NCBI RefSeq assembly: GCF_009914755.1
Contig: NC_060948.1
Length of the DNA: 64,000 nucleotides
From: the human T2T-CHM13v2.0 reference genome, Homo sapiens
Direction: 5' to 3' (one strand)
The first letter of the stretch is position 1, and each line of letters opens with the position of its first letter. Under the pieces are notes generated by a model. It was given only the letters and a program-made list of their open reading frames with translations. It searched no databases and had not been told where the DNA came from. A program made the translations under genes and the position numbers. This document shows positions 62,649 through 64,000 of the stretch, one piece after another.

Positions 62649-62692
62649 AGTTTTTTTTTGTTTTTTTAAGTATATTTTAAGGATATACTTAC

Positions 62693-63057
62693 ACAGACGT
62701 GGAGCGGACAGTGTACCCCGTTCAAATTGGAGGCTCTGCTGGAGAGGACAGCCAGGGCACAGAGCGTGGAGGCGCCCTAGGGGGAGGAGAAGGTGCTGCT
62801 GTGGACGATATCGTGGCAGTGGTCCAGGTGGTGGTCGAGGAGAAGTCCGATATGGAGAGGCAGGAGGAGGATCAGCGGGCACGGCCATGCCCTGGCCCCA
62901 GCACTCCCCAGCCAGTAACAGACTCGTTGGAACTCCGTGAATGCCCCAGGCCGCATGGCCTGCCAGCGGCTGAGGTAGAAGCTTTGGCAGAGGTTCCTGC
63001 CCGGCCTCCGGAGAGAGCAATGAGGACAGGTTGTGCGGCTCCGATCCCAGGCAGCAT
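62693..63057 (-). CDS. PRORY: PRORY main exon (CCLGSEPHNLSSLLSPEAGQEPLPK...GTLSAPRL)
   Basis: CCCCTAG acceptor, GTAAGT donor, 365 nt (1+363+1) open and in phase with both neighbours; proline-rich peptide matches recalled PRORY/CYorf17. Confidence 0.8.
62697..62932 (+). pseudogene. TSPY exon-1 pseudogene fragment
   Basis: Two frames give TPFKLEALLERTARAQSVEAP*GEEKVLL / DDIVAVVQVVVEEKSDMERQEEDQRARPCPGPSTP, against recalled TSPY1 [56 protein letters not shown]...PGPGPMTP; one stop and one frameshift. Confidence 0.85.
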
Positions 63058-63310
63058 CTAGGGGTGAATGTTTACAGCTCCTGAATCCCCAGCGGCCATG
63101 TGTTATACGATGTTAATTTAGTTTATCCATCTGTAGGCGGCTTGTGTTAGCTCAATAAGACACTCTGCCTTACCGCAAAAACAGAAGGCTTTCTGGATCC
63201 CGGGGTTTCCTGCCTTGGCTCACACGTGGGCTTGGAGAATAAGTGCAAGGTTTCATTGAGTGGAAGTTGTCAGCAGATGGATGGTGAGCCAGAAGGGAGA
63301 TGGAATGGGA
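63020..63310 (-). mobile_element. ERV1 LTR fragment (LTR1/LTR28-like)
   Basis: TCTAGGGGTGAATGTTTACAGCTCCTGAA...CACACGTGGGCTTGGAGAAT...GAGCCAGAAGGGAGATGG resembles the LTR1 family; the poly(A) signal reads AATGAA at 63257-63252. Confidence 0.65.
63174..63230 (-). CDS. PRORY: PRORY internal exon (SPRVSQGRKPRDPESLLFLR); upstream exon(s) probably beyond the window
   Basis: TTCTCCAAG acceptor, GTAAGG donor, 57 nt (1+54+2); split codon CG|A joins the next exon in frame. Confidence 0.75.
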
Positions 63311-64000
63311 ACATATGCACACCCGTGCCTGTGTGCCTTTGTGTACCTTGGTTTGGGGGGGCCCACACTCCAGCCCACAGATGTGCCTCAAACTCAGCTC
63401 TTGCGCTGGCAAGCAGGGCACCACCAGGTTTGGCAATCCAAATTCAGGACCCCTGAAGCCTACACGCTAGGGAGACGCGAAGAGTCCTCATGGTTCTCAC
63501 AAATGGCAGAGGGAGGAGGAAAAGGGTGGCTGGCTCAAGCTACCTAGAGGAGATGCCATGGACCAGAAATGATATTTGGAGGGAAACAAAACCTAGCTGG
63601 TGCACGTGGGTCCCTTCCACGCCTTGAGGCCTGTTAACACCTGGGGCTCAGTTAGGCTCAACTAAGGCCCTCTTACCCTCCACGCAGAGGTGCACAGGAG
63701 GCAAACCCAGGTCTACGTCCTTCTAGAGTGGCCAGTCCTATCATGTTCTGTTTCAATGACTCCAGGGTCCCCTGACATGCTTTCTCCCTCTGCCACCCTC
63801 ACTCATGCTTCCCCAGCACTGAGACATTTCCTATGACATTAAAAAACAGACATAAAATTTGTAAAATACCTTAATACTATAGATGCAGATAAAGTAATTT
63901 GTTATGAAAAGTGCTCTTCCTCCTTACTTGTATCAGTCTTTTTCATGATGGGGGAAAGAATGCAACATACTTTGGTAAATTAAAAAAGTATAAAAGTAAA

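Noticed and set aside
62699-63061. 120-aa plus-strand ORF as a functional TSPY-like protein
   Set aside because: Starts at GTG; only the middle is in TSPY frame, the true frame has a stop and a frameshift, and the end runs into LTR-like sequence.
63310-63840. GC-richer stretch reminiscent of TSPY intron 1
   Set aside because: Plausible from context, but I could not find a convincing TSPY exon 2 translation.

Overview
Primate, almost certainly human, genomic DNA: AT-rich, CpG-depleted and dominated by interspersed repeats (about 16 Alus, several L1s including one full-length L1PA4-like copy, ERV1/MaLR LTRs, MIR/L2). Two independent marks point to the Y chromosome long arm. The right end holds the 3' exons of PRORY (minus strand, recognised from the recalled protein sequence and confirmed by in-phase GT-AG junctions), overlapping a disrupted TSPY exon-1 pseudogene fragment on the plus strand. 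The left end holds an (AGAGAT)n repeat whose flanks resemble the forensic marker DYS448. No other host protein-coding gene, tRNA, rRNA or CRISPR array is supportable; the long ORFs are L1 ORF1/ORF2 remnants or chance frames in repeats. I found no new multi-gene system. The most interesting points are: (1) PRORY's exons are assembled from an LTR, antisense TSPY and a twin-primed L1; (2) two inverted neighbouring L1s share about nine non-consensus substitutions; (3) a 160-bp, about 98% identical inverted duplication brackets a probable 4.4-kb inversion; (4) a 2.3-kb degenerate tandem array with a period near 60 bp. Repeat subfamily names and gene identities come from memory of consensus sequences, not from a search.
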